Below, in pieces: positions 1 to 13,635 of a stretch of DNA of 39,894 bases (the first letter of the stretch is position 1; each line of letters opens with the position of its first letter). The stretch spans positions 46,559,236-46,599,129 of the forward strand of contig NC_057718.1 in assembly GCF_004010195.1 (NCBI RefSeq), read 5' to 3'. The DNA is from Chiloscyllium plagiosum (Eukaryota). The position numbers and the translations under genes were made by a program. The notes under the pieces were generated by a model. It made no database searches. It had not been told where the DNA came from and was given only the letters and a program-made list of their open reading frames with translations.

Positions 1-549
1 AATAAAATAAAGTTTAATCATTGTTGTCAAGTGGGAAACATGTCACAAGATCCCACAAGTTACATAATAATGGGCAAGGTTATAAACGAATGGCTCAAAA
101 TAGTGATGGCATTTAAGGGGTAAATGCTGGGCAGAAAAAGGCTTCGGACTTCGGAGTGTGATGGAATCTTGTATAACAGCCCAGAGGGAACATAGGATCT
201 CAATTGATTGACATCGTTGAAAGGTGGCACATTCAATAGTGCAGCACTGAAATGTCACTTTAAATGCTCTGGACTGAAACTAAACCCATGAGCTTTTAAC
301 ATACAAGTGAAAACACAAATGGGAGATTCATATAACAAATGAATAACTTGATTTTAGCCTCTAATAGCAGGAAACTAATGACTAGCCCATTACTCCTCTG
401 GTATCTTTTAAAAAAAAACTAAAGTTTATTGTAAATGCTACTGGTATGAAGAAATTGGAAAGGTAGTACAAGTATTATTAAGGCAATAATTCTTTATATT
501 TATTTGAAGGAAGGTAAAGGCCGGGGTGAAATGTATGCTGGGCGGTGGA

Positions 550-1330
550 GAAAAGCAAGAGGAGAAACAGTAAAGCCTTTGGCCATCATTCTCCAATCCT
601 TTATAGCTACAGGTGTGGTACAGGAGGATTGGGTAACAAGTAACATTGGTCTATACATGTGTCCTTTTTAATAAAATGATACAATCAGCATAACCCCTCA
701 GGCAGAAAAATCATTGGAAAACTTTCTGATGAACAAGTGAGCCTTCATTTAGAAAGGTACAGATCAATCAACGACACTCAGCACACAGATTTGTTAGATG
801 AAGGTCATGACTAACTCAACAAGGTGAATTTTTTTTTCCCCCCCTCGGTGGTGGCAAGTTAATGTATTTGATGTTACCTACATAGGTTTTTGCAAGGCTT
901 TTTGATAAGGCTGACTGGTCACAAAAGTAAAGCCTTTGGGAGCCAAGACAAAACAGCACATCAGTCCAAAATTGAATCACAGGCAGAAAAAAAAGCCTAG
1001 TGCATATTTATGTGACTGGAAGACTACTTCCAGAAGACCTCCAAAACAGGCAGTATCAGATCCCTTACTTTTTTATGATACGTATCAATGATTTGTAAGG
1101 TGTGCAATTAAGAAGTTTGCAGGTAATACAGAAGTTGGCCATGTTGTTGATAAAGAACAAAAATGCTGTAGAATGCAGGAAGTCAATAGACTTCAAGTGG
1201 GTACAAGTGGCAGATTAATTTCCATTCAGAAAAGTATGAAATAATGCATTTAAAGAAGGCTAATAAGGCAAGAGAATGCATTACAAATTGTTAAATACAG
1301 AAGGACACATGAGCATAAGGTCCCTGGACA
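550..1330 (+). mobile_element. Old, degraded CR1 RT fragment
   Basis: Remnants of IIxQS..TGVVQEDW, DVTYxxFxKAFDK and a FAxxT (FADDT-like) motif, in the expected order. Confidence 0.7.
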
Positions 1331-4124
1331 AATGGCTAGAAATTCCTGGAATCATTCACGCTCTAAAATACATTATTTGTTGTATGAATATCCTACAATA
1401 ACACTACAATCAATTAGGGATAGAACAAGGGATAAAAGTAGTCTCCTGAACCAGAAAGTCACCTCCTTTAACACGATCAATTTTATCAGCTAAGAAAAAG
1501 GGCTTCCTCACCACACTCCCTTCATGGAGATCAAATTGGTCCTGACCCAGAACCATATAACCTTTCATCACCAACACTATCTCCCTTCCCAAATCTTCCT
1601 TTTCACTTTACCCCGCACATTCCTTCTCCTGAGAGAGAGATATCTAGTCTAATCATTTCTTTCATTACTTCTTCTCCTCCATCCTCCTTTTGATCCCCAT
1701 CTCTTCCTGGGTTTTTCTCTGGCATCTATTCTGACCAAATATTTAATTTCCATCATTTGATTTTAATATCAGAGGTGTTCACAGATTGAACAAACTTGTA
1801 AAAAAAAAGGACAAATACGAACTCAAAATATCTGCAATCACCTGACCAGATTGAACCAAGCTCATGAAATCAGTTATCACAAATTATTCTGGGCCAAAAT
1901 TACCATTGTTTTAAACAGGCACCAAAAGACAGAATGACATCTTATGATTGATTCACACTTTTACAGATATTACACATTACAGCAGAAGTCACCTTCAAAT
2001 TATCCAGCTTGAAAACAAAAGGCAATAGAATCCAAAATACACGATATACTATACTTCAACAGCTGTTTTTGAACACCAAAGAGATAAGGAAAATGAATAT
2101 ATAAAGTTAGAATTGGAATCAGAGTGCCTGGTGACAAAGCAACTTGGAAAAACAACAAATTCAGTGAGAACTCAATGATATCTGCACAGACTACAGCCCA
2201 ACTTCCTTTCAGGCAATATATGTATGCTTGTGCTTGTACATGATGCTGCACTGTCATCTTTTTGGGGTAGAAGACAATAAAATTCCTCTTTCTTTCACCC
2301 AAAAAAACCTTGTCATTTGGTTTCTTCCTTTTGATATAATTAATTACATTCTAATTGAACGGTGTTAGCTGCATACTAACAAAAAAAAATATTCGTTCTG
2401 ACTGACTGAGGGGATGGTTTTAAAACATGGAAGCTGATATTACTCCTTGCCTAGTCTTTTCTTTAACCACTTCCTAACTCATCCCCCCATCCCCTCTATT
2501 GCCCAGTCCCATTTTTTTTTGCTAACTCCTCAACCTTAACATTGAAATTGGCATCAATGCCCCATACACAACATAAGTGATGCAACTAGATTTCTGAACA
2601 GTATTTTTTAAAATGTAACTGAATGCCCAAAAGACATTTAAAAAAACAATCCGGTTGTTTATGTCATAAAGTGAAGCCATTCATTTTTAAGACTCTAAAA
2701 TAGTGTTGCTAAAGGAGAAAGTAAACTCATAACTGAATATGTTGGGTCTCCATATAAACTCTCGCTGTAAAAGATGGCAGCGTTACTAAATAATTGATAA
2801 GTAGAGTGAGAATAATAAAGTGCTTAACGCACAGTGCAAGCCCACCTTTAACATTTATAATGTGCAACAGAAATGTATTTCTTCTTGACCAAAGGAGCTA
2901 CGGAGAAAACTGGAGACTGAAATATTAAACTTAATCGTTTAAGAATCTTTCAAACCAAATTAAGGGAAGTCAAAGAAATTGAACAGCTTTGTGAAATTCA
3001 CTTGAAGCTTTTCTTTTTTACAGTTCCAAGTGAACATCAAAAAGAAACAAAGTTGATGAACTGTTGCAGACCAGTGCAGCCAAAATCCAAACCTTATCTA
3101 TAGGGATGGGCTGAAGACATCGAAGGGAGGGCGTGTCAGGTCAAAAGTTAATATTTTCAGGTTGTGAACCTCAAGACAGCTCCTCCCTGCTTGCCACCAT
3201 TTTCATAGGTCTGTCTCCCTCTCCTGCTCTCACAGGTCTTTCCCACAACCCCAGCCTTTCAGTTTTCAATGAAGAGTTGTGATCATTTTCAAGTTTTTAA
3301 GTGAGTCACAGTAGATACAACTTTGGGAAGTATTGGTCCCATCCCAATTATGTTTGAACATGGTTATGGAGTACAGACTACAATTCAAAACTACTGTAAT
3401 CCTGTACTAACAAGCATACACAAACAAGCCACAGTTACCATTGAATAAGTACTGCAAGAAACTAAATGCATCACTCTGGTTCAAGAGGTAATTTTTTTTT
3501 CCTTGAAGCTGGAGTTAAAGGTACAGTTAGTTTCTGGAGTGTATAATCTGCACACACCAGTACTAAATCCTGCCTCAACTAGGTACCAGCCCTGCAATAA
3601 ATGAAAATGTTCATTTTGCCAGTAGATACGTCACTATTCTTTCCAAGATTAAAGATACTCAAGTTTAGATATTTCAACTGCATTTCACCAAGCAGTTGAG
3701 CTCCCCTCAAAAATCAACCTGGCCATAAGCTTCAGCATTAAAACAAAATTGTCTTTTTTTGTTGCAATGAGCAATATGGCATCAGACCAAATTATTTTTG
3801 AATAAATGGAAATTGCAGCTAGTCCTGGCTTCAACTGCCCAGTCAGAATGCTTGAGAGTGATTCAGAATGATTTACCTTATTTCTTCCTGCACCCCCTTC
3901 CCAATCTTGCACAAATAGCTTCATTTCCTTCTATTCCTTTCACCTTCACACATTTATCCAGATTCCTCTTCAACACACCAATGCTCTTTGTCTCAAATAT
4001 TTCACGTGGTGGCAAGTTCCACATTCAAATCATTTTTTAAAAGTTTCTCCTGATTTTTTTTAAATTGGACTTACTGGTAACAACTCAGATTCTGACCCTA
4101 AATAACGAAGCAAGAATGTTTTAA

Positions 4125-4980
4125 GCAGCCAATAAACGTTCAGGCTTTATTGCTAGGGATTGGACTTTAAAACAGGGAAGTCTTGTTCTAACCAAACAGG
4201 AAACAGGGAACAGGGTGTTGGAGATGCTACATCTGAAATACTGTAGATAGGTTTGGCCCCTGTATTTAATAAAAGGATATATTGTTGTTGGGGGCAGTAC
4301 AAAAATTGATTCACTGAGCTAATTCCTGAGAATGAAAGGATTGAACAGGACAGCTAAACAAGTTAGATCTTTAGAAGAATGAGGGGTGATTTGTTGAAAC
4401 ACACAAGATTCTGTGCTTGACAATGTAGTTTTTGAGACAACACTAAGATAATTCTCAAACTAGGGCACACAGTTACAGAATAAGGAGACACTCATTTAAA
4501 TCTGAGGATAACAGATTTATCCATTATAAATGGATAACGGCTGGATCACTGAAAGTATTTAAAAGGGGAGGTAAATAGACTTTTGAAATAGTAGGAAGCT
4601 AAGGACTATGCTGAGCTGGCACAAAACAGAAGTGAGGCCTGGGGCAGATCAGCCATGATGTTGCTGAATGGCATGGCAGGCTTGAGGGGCTAATGTCAAG
4701 ATTAGAGTGATGCTGGAAAAGCACAGCAGGTCAGGCAGCATCCGCACAGCAGGAATAAAATTGATGTTTTTGGCAAAAGCCTTTCATCAGGAATTCTTCC
4801 TGATGAAGGGCTTTTGCCGAAAACATCAATTTTCCTGCTCTGTGGATGCTGCCTGACCTGCTGCGCTTTTCCAGCACCACTCTAATCTTGACTCCGATCT
4901 CCAGCATCTGCAGAACCCACTTTCGCCTTGAGAGGCTAATGGTCTAGTCCTGCTTTTTTTTTTAAATGTTCTTATGTTCT
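4125..4980 (+). mobile_element. CR1 3' fragment interrupted by a palindromic insertion
   Basis: Degraded RT C-terminus (LEYC..WxP- and RMRGDL-like) plus 3' UTR ending ATGTTCTTATGTTCT. Confidence 0.75.
4696..4926. mobile_element. Fold-back Penelope-derived insertion, family A
   Basis: Arms of about 100 bp (4695-4892) around a TTC loop, plus a 34-bp tail. 15-bp TSD CTTGAG(G/A)GGCTAATG at 4681-4695 and 4927-4941. Confidence 0.9.
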
Positions 4981-4989
4981 AAAGGAAAT

Positions 4990-5610
4990 GCCTTCTCTAA
5001 GTCTACCTCATCAATCATCTTCGTAATTTTAAAGATATCCAGTAGGTTCCCCTCAGCATGAAGAAAACAGCTCGCTCAGTCTCTCTTGATGGATATAACC
5101 TCTCAGCTCTGGTATCAGCTTTGTGAATCTTTTATGGAACTTTGCCAATATCTCTATACCAGTTTGCATCATGGAGACAGTTTTGAAAGTGTGGTCAAAC
5201 CAAGTTTCTAAACATTTCATGTAATGTTGTGTTTTCAATCCTGTTCCTCTAGCAATGAACCCCAATGCTTTGTGTGAAACTTAAAGGCTTTGTTAACCTG
5301 CATTTCTACTTGTAATGATTTCTGAACCAGTCTCTTTGGATCTTTTCGACCTCTACTCCACATACATTTGTAGTCTCCTTATCCTGCTCACTAAAATGCA
5401 CCAGTCACATGTCCATTTTAAAGTTGTTTGCCAATTGCATACTCAAGTTTATTTTTATTTTTGCGATCTTCCTTTGTATTAATTAATATTCCTCAAATTA
5501 GTACAATCTACAAATTTTGAAATTGAAATTTCTGAATGCATTATCTAGCTTGTTTACTTAACTGGTGCTGAGCCCCTACCTCTACTGTATTGTACACAAC
5601 TTTCCATCAA
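4990..5610 (-). mobile_element. Degraded CR1 RT fragment
   Basis: ORF 5053..5265 reads MGFIARG...KRFTKLIPELRG..ERL..LFS, typical of the CR1 ORF2 C-terminus. Confidence 0.65.
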
Positions 5611-5877
5611 TTTTGCCACTTTGTCTCTGACACCACATCATCTGACTTTGCTAGATTGTAATTTCATACCACACAAACAAATTTGGAAACTTAAAAGCAT
5701 ATGCAGGGGTGGATCTGTAAGTGAAGAATTGTGTACTTTAAGCATATGCAGCGGCATATTTCCCATTATAAACTGGAGTGTCAATTCCACTGACACTGTA
5801 CATTTTGCAGTAAAAGCAGAAACAATTCTGGCACTGCAATTTTGCAAACAGTTAGAAAGAAAACATAACTGCCTTAC

Positions 5878-5998
5878 CAAAAACTTTTCCTTTAGCAAAA
5901 GGTGGAAATAATTCTGGATGCCTGTATAAAATTTTATGAAGCTGCCAGAGCTCTTTGTGAAGTTTCTTAAAATCACTGTAACGTTTCCAAACTACTAT
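5878..5998 (-). CDS. RPS6KC1: RPS6KC1 coding exon 3 (121 nt), PX core
   Basis: Translates to IVVWKRYSDFKKLHKELWQLHKILYRHPELFPPFAKGKVF(G), with the PX RYSDF motif. TTTCAG acceptor and GTAAGG donor. I found no exon 4 in 1-5877, so the gene probably continues left of the window. Confidence 0.94.
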
Positions 5999-6104
5999 CT
6001 GAAACAAGGGGGGAAAGTCAGTTATTAGCAAACCAATATGACTATTTCCACTTCAACACAGTTAAAGTAGCTACATTGACAAAGAAAATAAAAATACTTT
6101 CATA

Positions 6105-6460
6105 CATGTTCGGGAGTTATCCGGTCAGTGGCTAAATCTACTACACAATGCAGTACTAAGTCAATCAGACCAGTGTCCACAAGTTCCATTTCTGGTCTGT
6201 GTCAAGTCATGTAGTTAATCGTAACCGGCTATCTATTACAATTGGGTTCGATGCCCTGGAGTGTAGGGGAAGATACAATTCAGCAATCTTGGTTCTTTTG
6301 TCTGTGACACCCCCCACCACTAACAAATATGGATGTCTGGTAGACACAGTGCCTTGGCCAAGACATCCTTCAAAATCAAATAATCTGTTGGCATTGGATG
6401 CCCAGACTCAGTCAGCAAAGCGTATTCAGTCACACCCCAGCATGACACCCATAGGGAGAA
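6105..6460 (+). mobile_element. Probable ancient tRNA-derived SINE, degenerate
   Basis: Degenerate A-box/B-box-like head (CAGTGGCTAA...AGTTCCATTTCTGGTCTGTG) followed by a body resembling old vertebrate SINEs. Weak recognition only. Confidence 0.35.
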
Positions 6461-8874
6461 GTGAGAAAATCCAGATAATATTTATTCCCAAATCTGAAAT
6501 ATGAAGTAATATGCAACTAGAATACAAACGAAAATGAAACTCAAAAAAATTGCACTACAAAATTTAATAATCCAGCTAACAGTGCAAAGTCCTGGGGTTT
6601 TTTTTCCAAATTTATTATTCCCAGTCTATAAACCTCAGCATGCCAAAAAAAAAAGTCCCTTGGCAACAAACTGCACCACATACTTTAAGAATTCAATTAT
6701 AATGATTAACAAATTAGCTAAGAGGCAGTTCATTATTATCAATCAATCAATTCTTTATCTTTAGTGTTCTCATTGATTAAAAGCTAGAAACTTAAGTTTT
6801 TGGTTTGTAACAAGTTACTTGAATAATTTAAAACTACAGTACCTGGTGGTGTAGGAAATATCAGGATTAGAAGGGTCTGCAAATGATGCGCAGGAAAATT
6901 GAATGGGAAAATATGGATTAAAAAATTTGATATATTTTATATATGGTATTTAAGTTAGTAAATTAGTTCAATTCCAGATAGTGGATTGCAAGATAAACAC
7001 TAGTTAAGAATACAACTTTGTAAGATTCAACATGAAAATTAACTAGACCACATGGTACCACAGTTTGTACTTTACATCAAAGAAAATTGCATTGTATTGT
7101 TGTTGCAAACTTATGGTGAATTAACTATATAAAACTTTACAAATTATTCTGACATATTATAGAAGCTAAAGAGCAATATTTCTGTATGAAACAATCAAAA
7201 CTATTTGTAAAGAAACAGTAATAGTGTGTCATGCATAAAATATGTGTAGAATGCTACAATAGTGCATTGGTCTGTACAATAATGGACAAGATAATTTGTG
7301 TCATCCCTCACAAGCTGGGTTTATGATTTCAGCCAGATCTGTAAGAAGCAAAATCCAGAAATAAGTCAGCACTTCCTCAAAAGACATATAGAGAAAACTG
7401 GCATGCACTGATTCCTGTGGAATCTACATTACCTCCCCTTGGCTGGTTACAAAGTTGCATGAACCTAAAGAGACAATCATCCTAACCTTTTATCAATCAA
7501 CAATCTATTAGGGATTCTACAGCTTATAGGTTACTAAACTATGCATTTAAAGACCTAGACTTATCATACAAGATTGATTCTAACTCATTAATTGAGAAGG
7601 AATTTACAGTCAAACGAACATAGAATCCACTTTTTTGAACAGTTACAAAGCACAGGCCAAAATACCAGTTTAATTTGGCGTGTGCAGTCAGTGAAAAAAA
7701 CATTTCAAGTTTAGTTTTACTATTCTGTACAGTTTAAGAATCACGTCTAAATCACCCTTCTTTTTCCCCCCAAAACTAAAAATAAAACTGACAGCTTAAC
7801 TGTAGTCTTTCCAAGGTTTAACTTTGTCCTCCATTTAAATCGAAGACCAGAATAGACTTAAACAAAATACTATAGAGATTAAGAAAAACATTCTGTAGCT
7901 TGTATTGTTTTCATTTCTTGATTTGCTTTGTTGATAGGTTGACTGCAGTGACTGGATCAACCATTGAATCAACTGACAAACCTAAATTCCACATATTAAC
8001 ACATTTGAAAAAAATATGTACAACTCCATTATTTAACCTTTGTGCATTACTTTATATTCCTCCTTGTGAAATTTAAATCAATCAATCACAAGTACCTATA
8101 TACTTCTGTCAATCTTTAGCCATTTACTTGGATTCAAATGTTCTTTTGCCTTTCTGTCCCCTTAACCTATTCACCATCTCCCACTCACTCCTGCTCCTCA
8201 CACAGACACACACCAGATTGCACCAACTTCTGCATCCAAGATGTTAATCCAAGTGAGAAGTAATTAGACACTACAAGGATTTCAACACTGAGCTTAAGAT
8301 TAAGCATTTCCTTTTCTAACATGCCATTTTTCCACCAAATGTGCAGTCTTTTTTTGTTTAAAAATTCTTTTCTTTTCCTCCTTTCTTAGCTAAGACAGTA
8401 AACACATGACCTGCTCCTCATCTTTGCCAATATGCCTTCATAAAAAAACCCTTGTGATACACCACAGTTGCTTGGAGTGAGTGACTATCCTGTTCATCTT
8501 TCTATTCAAATTTCAATAGTCTCACACTACATTATATCTTAATATTCAGTATTGCAAAACAACACTAAAGGGCACTTTTGACAAATTACATAATTGTCTT
8601 CTTCAGTTTTGAGTTTAGTTACTGCGTTCGTGCAGGGATGCAAAGACATCATGAAATATTATGATTTACTGTTTTCCTGATGATTAAGATCCAGTAATTG
8701 ATAAAACCTAAAGCTGTGTTTCAAAAACAAAGGGGAAAAAAGTAAATTCCCTGATGGAAAGCCTGACTCAAATCTCACTGACAACACCAAAGATGATCTT
8801 GAAATCCAAAATTATACTGTTGCCCAAATAAATTACATTTTTCACCAAGACCACCTGCTAAAGAATGAAATAAG

Positions 8875-9069
8875 TCAAGATTAGAATGGTGCTGGAAGAG
8901 CACAGCAGATCAGGCAGCATCCGAGGAGCGGGAAAATCAAAAATGAAGGGCTTTTGCCCGAAATGTCGATTTTCCTGCTCCTCAGATGCGGCCTGACCTG
9001 TTGTGCTTCTCCAGCACCACTCTAATCTTGACTCTGATCTCAAGCATCTGCAGTACTCACATTCGCCGG
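8875..9069. mobile_element. Fold-back Penelope-derived insertion, family A, centre deleted
   Basis: Inverted arms plus tail. 14-bp TSD AAGAATGAAATAAG at 8861-8874 and 9070-9083. Confidence 0.9.
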
Positions 9070-10569
9070 AAGAATGAAATAAGCTAACTGGAACTGAGAT
9101 AGTAAAATGCCGTCAGAATACAGAACTTTATTGTCCTTCAGGGCCCAAAGGAAGTTTAACAATTGAGATTCTTGCATCAACGCTGAAGATCAAGTGAGAA
9201 GAAGCTGTGCATATCTCATTCAACCAGATTCTTTGAAAGAATTATCGTAATTATCAAGTCATTATCACATTGCCGTTTGTGGGAACGTGCTCAGTATAAA
9301 TTAGCTATCTCCTACATCGTACATCAAAATATATATCAAAAAGAAAGTTTGAAATATCCACTGGGCTTGAAAAGATTGATACAAATGCATGTTTTTGTTT
9401 ATTTTAGGATTGAATTGGATCGTAAATTGTTTTTTCTTCCCCAAAAGAAATGGATCGGGACAAGTTCTGACATTCTAGAGATGTTTATAAGTTGCCTAGA
9501 GATAATTAATTTCACCAAATATGTTAGAGGTTTCATTTATTGCATAAATCAAATTTGAGTAACTTGAAATTAGGTAAATTATTGTTTTCTTTAAGAGATC
9601 AGCGGACATCCAACCTCTCAGCTGGGAAATTTCATACAAAAAGGAAATAAAATAACTTAACTAAATCATATGAGGAATGAATGCAGAGTACAAAGATAAT
9701 TTGATAAGTAAATTTACACAATTGAAGTAAAATAGAGTATGAGTTATCTAACAATATGACAACTTTATCACTTCCACTGAATATGGTGCACAAGTAGGCT
9801 GGCAATGAAATACCAGGAGAGGCTGAATGTTGAACATTTGATGTGGATGACAAAACTGGAGACCACATATCTCCTCAGCAGTTTTCCTTCAGGAAGCAGG
9901 TGCAAAGGCCTGCGTTTGCCGTAGTCATAAAGCTACAACTGTAAGCATCCATCATTATACCCTCTCTGAATCTGACAGCAACTTCCTGAATCCATAAGTT
10001 TGCAATTAACCAGACTTGCCTTCAGTGGTTCTAGATTTCTCCATCAAGCGCTTTTCTTGAACCACCTCAAACTGTCACCAATTAGAAATCACTGAACTGG
10101 TGTCAACTTTCTTGTATCATTTTGTATAAAAAACCTCCTTCAATAAGCCGTAATTGGTTTCATTGTTTAGGAATGCCTCCAGTCTTGAAAGACTAATTTC
10201 CCATTTGTGCGCTATCAAATTTCTCCATTATAATAAAAAATATTTAAACTCCTTTGTTAAACTTTGTAAGCAACATTCCAGCTTCTAACTTAATGCCATG
10301 CATACATCCTGTTAACCTTACTCTGAAAAATGTAATTAATAGTAAAGAATAATATCCTTGTTTCCTGCCTTTTAGTGCACTTCAATGTTATCGCCCACTT
10401 ACCCCTTTAATGATCTCACTGTTGCTGTGCACAAGTATATTCCCTTGGTGCCAGATTCAAACCAACATTGGGAAGGGGAAAAATCCATGTCACATATACT
10501 GTATAATGTTTCCTGGCACCTAATTATGGATAGTATCCTAAAATTTGTTAGATTGGCCAAAATGATGTT

Positions 10570-11035
10570 AAACTAACCATGCCGACCAGATATCCCAACC
10601 CAATTTAGTCCTACCTGCCAGCACCCAGCCCATATCCCTCCAAACCCTTCCTATTCATATATCCATCCAAATGCCTCTTAAAATGTTGCAATTGTTACAG
10701 CCTCCACCACATCCTCTGGCAGCTCATTCCATACACGTACCACCCTCTGCGTGAAAAAACAGCCCCAGCCTGTTCAGCCTCTCTCTGTAGCTCAAATCCT
10801 CCAACCCTGACAACATCCTTGTAAATCTTTTCTGAACCCTTTCAATTTTCACAACATCGTTCCGATAGGAAGGAGACCAGAATTGCATGCAATATTCCAA
10901 CAGTGGCCTAACCAATGTCCTGTATAGCCGCAACATGACCTCCCAACTCCTGTACTCAATACTCTGACCAATAAAGGGAAGCATACCAAACGCTTTTTCA
11001 CTATCCTGTCTACCTGCGACTCCACTTTCAAGGGA
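10570..11035 (-). mobile_element. 5'-truncated CR1 with an internal deletion
   Basis: Highly similar to the 3' part of the 12.4-kb CR1. Lacks about 190 bp, joined at a GAAAA microhomology near 10757. Confidence 0.9.
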
Positions 11036-11749
11036 AAAGAAGAAATCATATTAAGTCTGGAGTTGACCTAATGATTAGAAATGTCACTGGTTTCAAACTG
11101 TGTTTGTGTTTCGCTTACAGAATGTTTATATCAAGTATTGTAACTCAGCAGTAACAAACTGAGTTGTCGCAGTAACTCTGAAAAAGCTGAAGATTCGTTT
11201 AAAACAGACAGTGAATCAGATGTGATAATGTAGACTATTTAATGGCTGAATTTGAGATCATGAAATTGTGCAATGTAAATGTCACATAGCTGATCAGATG
11301 ACAAAGTTATAGCAAGGTAAAGCTGAGGTCAAAGTTAATTGAAAGCTAGTGATAATTCTCTTTTCAGGGCGATACAAGCAAGTCTTAACGAGTGTTCAAA
11401 CCAAAATGGAAAACATATGTGATGCTTGCCACTGGTCAAAGTGAAAATTGTCTGAAAAAAGGATAGTGTCTACATTTGGATTTACAGCTTCTTTGCATGG
11501 AAAAAGTATATTAAAAAGCTTGTCTCACAGGACAATTAGCCAGCTTGAGGAAGAGGTGGTCTGGTCAACTACTTGAAGTCAAGACAGAGCAAACCATTCA
11601 TCTTTCATCAGATCTTCAGACAGGTCCATGTAAACAGGTTCATATGTGATTGTATGCATTTGATGGGTAAACCTTCTGCAGTATTTTTGATTTAAGAACA
11701 GCCATTGTGTATATGCCACTGTTTGATCTGACTTGGGTTATTGATATGG

Positions 11750-12245
11750 GGAATACACCCAATGGAATACTGAATGGCCTGGACAGAGTGGATGTTGGGG
11801 AGATGTTTCCATTTGTAGGAGAGACTAGGACCTGATGGCACAGACTTAGAGTAATGGGAAGACCTTTAACAGCGATCAGGAGAAACATCTTCAGCCAGAG
11901 AATGGTGAATCTATGGAATTCACTGCCACATAAGGCGAAGGTGGCCAGGTCATTGAATGTATTTAAGACTGAGGTTCTTGATTGTCATGGGGATCAAGGA
12001 TTACAGGGAGAAGATGGGACATTGAGAAACTTATCAATGGAGCAGACTCCATGGGCTGAGCGATTAGAGTGGTGCTGGAAAAGCACAGCAAGTCAAGCAG
12101 CATCCAAGGAGCAGGAAAATCTGCGTTTCGGGATGCTGACTGACTTGCTGTGCTTTTGCAGCATCACTCTAATCTTCAGCATCTGCAATACCCACTGCCA
12201 TCTCGATGGGCTGAATGGCCTAATTTTTTCTCCTATGTCTTATGA
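11750..12245 (+). mobile_element. CR1 3' fragment interrupted by a palindromic insertion
   Basis: RRNIFSQRMVNLWNSLP plus 3' UTR ending CCTATGTCTTATG. Confidence 0.85.
12060..12205. mobile_element. Fold-back Penelope-derived insertion, family A, centre deleted
   Basis: Inverted arms plus tail. 9-bp TSD ATGGGCTGA at 12051-12059 and 12206-12214. Confidence 0.85.
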
Positions 12246-13099
12246 CCAAAGAAAGTAGGAATAACGACTGCACCTTCTGAGCATCTTTGCTTTACCACTG
12301 ACCATGAAATTCAGATTATTATTAAAGTCTACTGCGAGAAGAAATAAGGGTCAACATTACACCATGTTTCAGCCATGTCTTTTATATATTGCATGTTTGC
12401 ACCAGTAAATGACATGATGTCATAGATTCAGATATGTACAGCGTGGAAACAGACTCTTCAGTCCAACCTGTCCATGCCGACCAGATATCCCAACCCAATC
12501 TAGTCCCACCTGCCAGCACCCGGCCCATATCCCTCCAAACCCTTCCTATTCACATACCCATCCAGATGCCTCTTAAATGTTGCAGTTGTACCAGCCTCCA
12601 CCACATCCTCTGGCAGCTCATTCCATACACGTACCACCCTCTGCGTGAAAAAGTTGCCCCTTAGGTCCCTTTTATATCTTTCCCCTCTCACCCTAAATCT
12701 ATGCCCTCTAGTGCTGGACTCCCCTACCCCAGGGAAAAGACTTGGTCTATTTATCCTATTCATGCCCCTCAATTTTGTAAACCTCAATGAGGTCACCCCT
12801 CAGCCTCCAATGCTCCAGGGAAAACAGCCCCCGATGCTCCAGGGAAAACAGCCCCAGCCTGTTCAGCCTCTCTTTATAGCTCAAATCCTCCAACCCTGGC
12901 AACATCCTTGTAAATCTTTTCTGAACCCTTTCAAGTTTCACAACATCATTCCGATAGGAAGGAGACCAGAATTGCACGCAATATTCCAACAGTGGCCTAA
13001 CCAATGTCCTGTACAGCCGCAACATGACCTCACATCTCCTGTACTCAATACTCTGACCGATGAAAGAAAGCATACCATACACCTTTTTCACTATCTTAT

Positions 13100-13635
13100 N
13101 NNNNNNNNNNNNNNNNNNNNNNNNNNNNNNNNNNNNNNNNNNNNNNNNNNNNNNNNNNNNNNNNNNNNNNNNNNNNNNNNNNNNNNNNNNNNNNNNNNNN
13201 NNNNNNNNNNNNNNNNNNNNNNNNNNNNNNNNNNNNNNNNNNNNNNNNNNNNNNNNNNNNNNNNNNNNNNNNNNNNNNNNNNNNNNNNNNNNNNNNNNNN
13301 NNNNNNNNNNNNNNNNNNNNNNNNNNNNNNNNNNNNNNNNNNNNNNNNNNNNNNNNNNNNNNNNNNNNNNNNNNNNNNNNNNNNNNNNNNNNNNNNNNNN
13401 NNNNNNNNNNNNNNNNNNNNNNNNNNNNNNNNNNNNNNNNNNNNNNNNNNNNNNNNNNNNNNNNNNNNNNNNNNNNNNNNNNNNNNNNNNNNNNNNNNNN
13501 NNNNNNNNNNNNNNNNNNNNNNNNNNNNNNNNNNNNNNNNNNNNNNNNNNNNNNNNNNNNNNNNNNNNNNNNNNNNNNNNNNNNNNNNNNNNNNNNNNNN
13601 NNNNNNNNNNNNNNNNNNNNNNNNNNNNNNNNNNN
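13100..13635. other. Assembly gap inside the CR1 RT
   Basis: Run of N. Confidence 1.

Noticed and set aside
1370..1740. Possible very old Penelope remnant, pyrimidine-rich
   Set aside because: Too degenerate to support.
5621..5976. ORFs 5621..5911(+) and 5638..5976(-)
   Set aside because: Antisense or off-frame shadows of RPS6KC1 exon 3.
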